Shown here piece by piece: positions 60,101 through 64,000 of a stretch of DNA of 64,000 bases (its first letter is position 1; each line of letters begins with the position of its first letter). The notes beneath the pieces are model-generated. The model ran no database searches, was not told the DNA's origin, and saw only the letters and a program-made list of their open reading frames with translations. Made by a program: the position numbers and the translations under genes. The DNA is from Protoeuglena noctilucae (Eukaryota). The stretch is taken from the NCBI GenBank assembly GCA_958009085.1, contig OY253668.1:1426001-1490000 (forward strand), given 5' to 3'.

Positions 60101-63100
60101 CTCTCCCTCTCATCCGCAGACAAGCTCGAGAAGCTCAAGATCGTCCGCGCGGTGCTGGAGCAGGGCGGCCACTTCAGCGGGGTCAACCGCAAGTGCCAGA
60201 TCAAGCCCACCGCGTGGGAGGACGCGGCCCCGGGGGAGGACCCGAGGTGCCGGGAGGCGCTGCTCATCGTCAAGCACGGCGGGGTGCTGACCCACGCGGG
60301 GCGCGTGCAGACGGAGCGGCTGGGGCAGAACTACCGCATGACGATGTACCCCCGGTACGGGCCCTCGGGCGGGGGGCTCCTGCGGCTCCACTCCACGTAC
60401 CGCCACGACCTGAAGATCTACTCGTCGGGTGAGGGGACGGGGTGGGGCAGCTGGGGTGTGGCAGCTGGGGTGGAACACGTGGGGCGTGCGAGAGGGGCAG
60501 GGGCCTAATCTGTGACATCGCGAGTGGGGCGGGGGCCGCTGATTGTGTCCGTTGCTTGGAGTCGAACGCGAGTGGCGTAGGGGCCGGGGTGGCTGTTTGC
60601 ATCCTTAAGCCAGGCTTAGGGTCGATCGTGAGTGCCGTCGCTACCTCGCGCGTTTCACGCTCGCTCTGCCTTGGCGATCGCAGATGAGGGCCGCGTGCAG
60701 TGCAGCGCTGCGGCGTTCACCAAGGGCCTTTTGGACCTGGAGGGGGCGTCGCTGACTCCGATCCTGGTGTCGCTGGTCAAGAAGGACGCGCGCATGCTCG
60801 ACGTGTTTGAGGCGAGTGGGAGGGGCAGAAGGGTAGATGGGTGTAAGGGTGATAGGCGACTGAGGCACGTACCTGCATGAGGTGTTCGAGGCGAGTGGCA
60901 GGAGTAGAGGGGTGATGTGACTGGGGCACGGACCGGGTCAACGTGTGCGGTGAGGGCCCATGGTAAGGTGGACTGGGTAGCACTAAGGGGGTAGCATTGG
61001 CGCACAGCGTGGCTGAGGGAGGCGCCAGCATTCATCGCCATGTACGCACCGCCCCTGTGCGTGCAGAAGGGGGCGTCGATGGACATCCGCGCTGCCAAGA
61101 CGGTGCTCTACCGCCGCATCACGACCGACCCCCTGTCCTCAATCGCTTACAACATCCCGCTCCCCTCCTTCAACACCCCCAACCGCACGCCGCCCGCCAC
61201 CTCCCCGCCCCTCTCCCCGACGCCCTCCACCACCAACATCGGAGGCGCGCTGGGCAGGTGACGATGTGAAGAGACTTGCACGTTGGGATATCCAACATCG
61301 CTCTGTCCACGCTCTGCTGTCACGCACCTGCGTCCCCATTTACACCTGCGCTCCTGCAACCCCACGCACTTTGCACATATCACACCCCAACATCCACCCC
61401 ATAACGACACCCCAGTCACCCACCCCCTCAGGTCCCGCCCCGACACCCCCCACATCGAGCCACCCCAAGAGTCGGAGACCCACCAGGAGTCCTCGGCCAC
61501 CACCCCCGCCGCCGGGTCCCGGGCCAAGGGACCGTCCGTTTCCATGACGGAGGCCAGCAGCCCCGTGGCCCTCACCTCCCGCGCCATGAGCCGCGTCCAG
61601 GACAGCCTGGCGCTGTTAGGCGACGGAGCGACGCACGGGTCCGTCCCCAGCTTCAGCCGCCGCGTGAGCCGCCACGGCAGCGAGAGGGACGAGGACGCGG
61701 ACCTGGGCACGGAGATACGCGCGCTGCCGGACAACTCGCTGGGGTGAGGGAGGGGCGTAGGAGGGGGAGGGGTGGATGCGGGTGATAGTTGCATGCAGGT
61801 GTGGTTACTGGGTGTGGGGCCGTGGCAGCGTGCTGTCATTATAGCACGACACTGCATCGCACCTTTGGCTGGGTTGTGCTGTGTGAGGTGGCGTTCAGGT
61901 CCTGAGCCCCCACCGGCCCTGCCCTATGCAGGCTGCTGCACGATTTGCTGGAGAAGACCAAGCTGTTGGTGGAGGTGAGGGACGAGGAGTTGTCTCACCT
62001 GTGACTATATATCAGGTTGCCTCGTAACACATGCAAGATTGCGAGCGCCCTCCCCCTGCCCTCCCCAGGAGCTTCACGACAAGTGCAAGAGCAGCAGTTT
62101 CACGCCCGCCGAGGGCATCAAGTCCTACAGCGCCCTGACGCAAGACACCAAGGAGTGGGTGGAGCAGGAGGGGCAGCCCTGCAGCGGGGAGCGTCTGCTG
62201 CTCATCTACGATCGGTGGCGCAAGCTGCACAAGGCGCTCTACCTTCCCAAGAAGGGGCTCTTCGACATCTCCAAGATCCCAGACATCTACGACATGGCCA
62301 AGGTGACATGCTTGACGCTAGCATATGTGGCATGGCCAAGGTGACTTTGGGTGTGGGTGTGGGTGTGTGGGCGTGGGTGTGGGTGCGTGTAACTTCTGAC
62401 ACAGGTGAGCAAGTTTACAGCTGGCGAGTTAACTGCGGATGTGCTATCGTGTGCCACCCCCGCAGTACGACGCCGTGCACAACAGCCACATGGGCCTCAC
62501 CAGGCTCCACGACGTGTACGGTCTGTCCAAGGTCCTGGCCAACGCGGTGGTCCCCAACGAGTACGGCATCACCGACAAGCAGAAGCTGTCCATCGGATCC
62601 AAGGCGAGTGAGATGGCTCATATTAGAAGCAAGAGTTGTTGATCAGATCCAAGGCGAGTGAGATGCGTGGTAGCCAATACCAAAGCAAGAGATGTCGATT
62701 GGATTCAAGGGGAAGGGTAGCGTGAGTGAAGAAGGGAGCCCGCACATGAGTGGGGGCTGCCTGGGATCGCCAGTCATTGCCAGTCGAGTAACGGCAGACG
62801 TGATAAGAGCTCACGAGGCCAAGTGACAGCCCCCCTCGCGTGCCGCAGATCGCGGAGCAGCTGCTGGCCAAGGTCCTGACGGACCTGGACAACACCAAGA
62901 GCGAGAGCGTGAGCACGGCGGGGCAGGAGGGGTCGGCGGCGGGGATGACGGTGGAGGACTCCCGGGCGGCGCACCTGGCCCGGAGGTACGACGAGGAGGC
63001 CATAGAGCCGCCGGTACAGGTCAAGGGCGAGGTGCCGGAGGGGCTGTCGGACTCGGAGGTGGGTGCGGGGCGGGGTGGGGTGACATGGGTGGCGGGGGTC

Positions 63101-64000
63101 GTTGGGGTAACAGGGGTCCACCAAGTGCTACCGAGTGTTACTGAGTTCTTCCTTTCACCGGTACTCGCCATCTCACCCCCCTCGATGCTTCCCCCGCCCC
63201 CAGGAGTCCCGGGGCGATGAGCTGGAGTCGATGCACCGGCTGTGCCCCACGTACGCGGACGGGGTCAACACGCCCCTGCGCCACGTGCGCACGAGGATCT
63301 ACTTTACCTCGGAAAGCCACTTGCACTCCCTCGTCAACGTGCTGCGGTGAGGGACAGTCTCGGCGCATTAGACATGCTGCAGCACTCGTTCACTGTTTGC
63401 GACCCTCCAGCACCCACACACGCACACGCTCGCTGCTTTCGAGGTTCCTTCACCCGCACTCACTGATACGACCACTTGCCTACCTTCTGCAACTCCCCAC
63501 ACCTGCGCTTTCCATCACCATCGCCATCGCCATCGCCCATTCCTGCAGGTACGTGCACCTGGGCAGGGATGACCTCGGGGATAACGACCGCCTGGTGAGC
63601 GACCAGGCGCGGACCATCATGTCCGAGGAGGTGCAGGAGCTGGATTACCTGAGTCAGGTCGTCTTCTGCATGTACGAGAACAAGCGCGTCCCCATCGACG
63701 ATCCCCGGAGGTTCCGAGTAGAGATACTCTTCTCACCCGGTGAGCGGCGAGTGATGGAATGTATATTGATAGATTCCCTGGCACTGGCAGGTGCCGCGTC
63801 TTCACCAGTGCCGACATGCAACTAGCCTGTCGCAACTAGCCTGTCGTGGCTGTCGAGTCGCCCGTCAGTCACCCACCGACCCTACGCCACTCTATGGCCT
63901 CGCTCCGCACCCGCGACCCCCCTCAGGCGCCGCGTACAACCCCTACGAGTGCAAGCCCGCGGACCACGTGCTTCCCACGGCCGGGCGCATCCCGCTGCAC
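57164..64000 (+). CDS. VIP1: Bifunctional PP-InsP5 kinase / histidine acid phosphatase (VIP1/PPIP5K/VIH), about 19 exons; 3' end runs off the window
   Basis: [91 protein letters not shown] and [13 protein letters not shown]. Confidence 0.96.
58170..58235 (+). repeat. Degenerate 12-nt intronic repeat (GAGTGGGGCTGC)
   Basis: Three to four visible copies in a VIP1 intron. Confidence 0.7.
59904..60004 (+). repeat. 43-nt tandem repeat (about 2.3 copies) spanning a VIP1 exon/intron junction
   Basis: TGACGACACGGCAGGTGCGTGGGTGnGTGGATGGGTGGGTAAG occurs at 59904 and 59947, with a partial copy at 59990. Confidence 0.9.

Overview
This window is eukaryotic nuclear DNA: GC-rich, gene-dense and intron-rich. 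Chloroplast-type proteins with apparent transit peptides and a flagellar CEP41-like gene suggest a flagellated green alga; this is inference and the taxon cannot be fixed from the sequence. I reconstruct about 23 spliced protein-coding genes: EF-hand protein, RAD18-like E3, AMT1, alpha/beta-hydrolase-fold protein, PHT4/ANTR MFS transporter, DHX57/DHX36-like helicase, EttA-type ABC-F, BIO3-BIO1, CEP41-like, ATG8, FYR protein, LCM-like methyltransferase, WDR55, an unknown protein, GET3, a 79-aa microprotein absent from the ORF track, PNPase, TM-type tRNase Z, a His-tail protein, NC2beta/DR1, AKR, tRNA-IPT and VIP1/PPIP5K. I saw no RNA genes, transposases or CRISPR arrays. The most notable signals are (1) a very high rate of frame-supported GC-AG introns (18 found), (2) repeated duplication of splice junctions into the adjacent intron, (3) the hidden three-exon microprotein with an RHSG...KGGAGGKTVWG motif, and (4) a strongly alternating head-to-head/tail-to-tail gene order with very close convergent stop codons. 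Gene boundaries are hand-derived and approximate unless exon coordinates are given.
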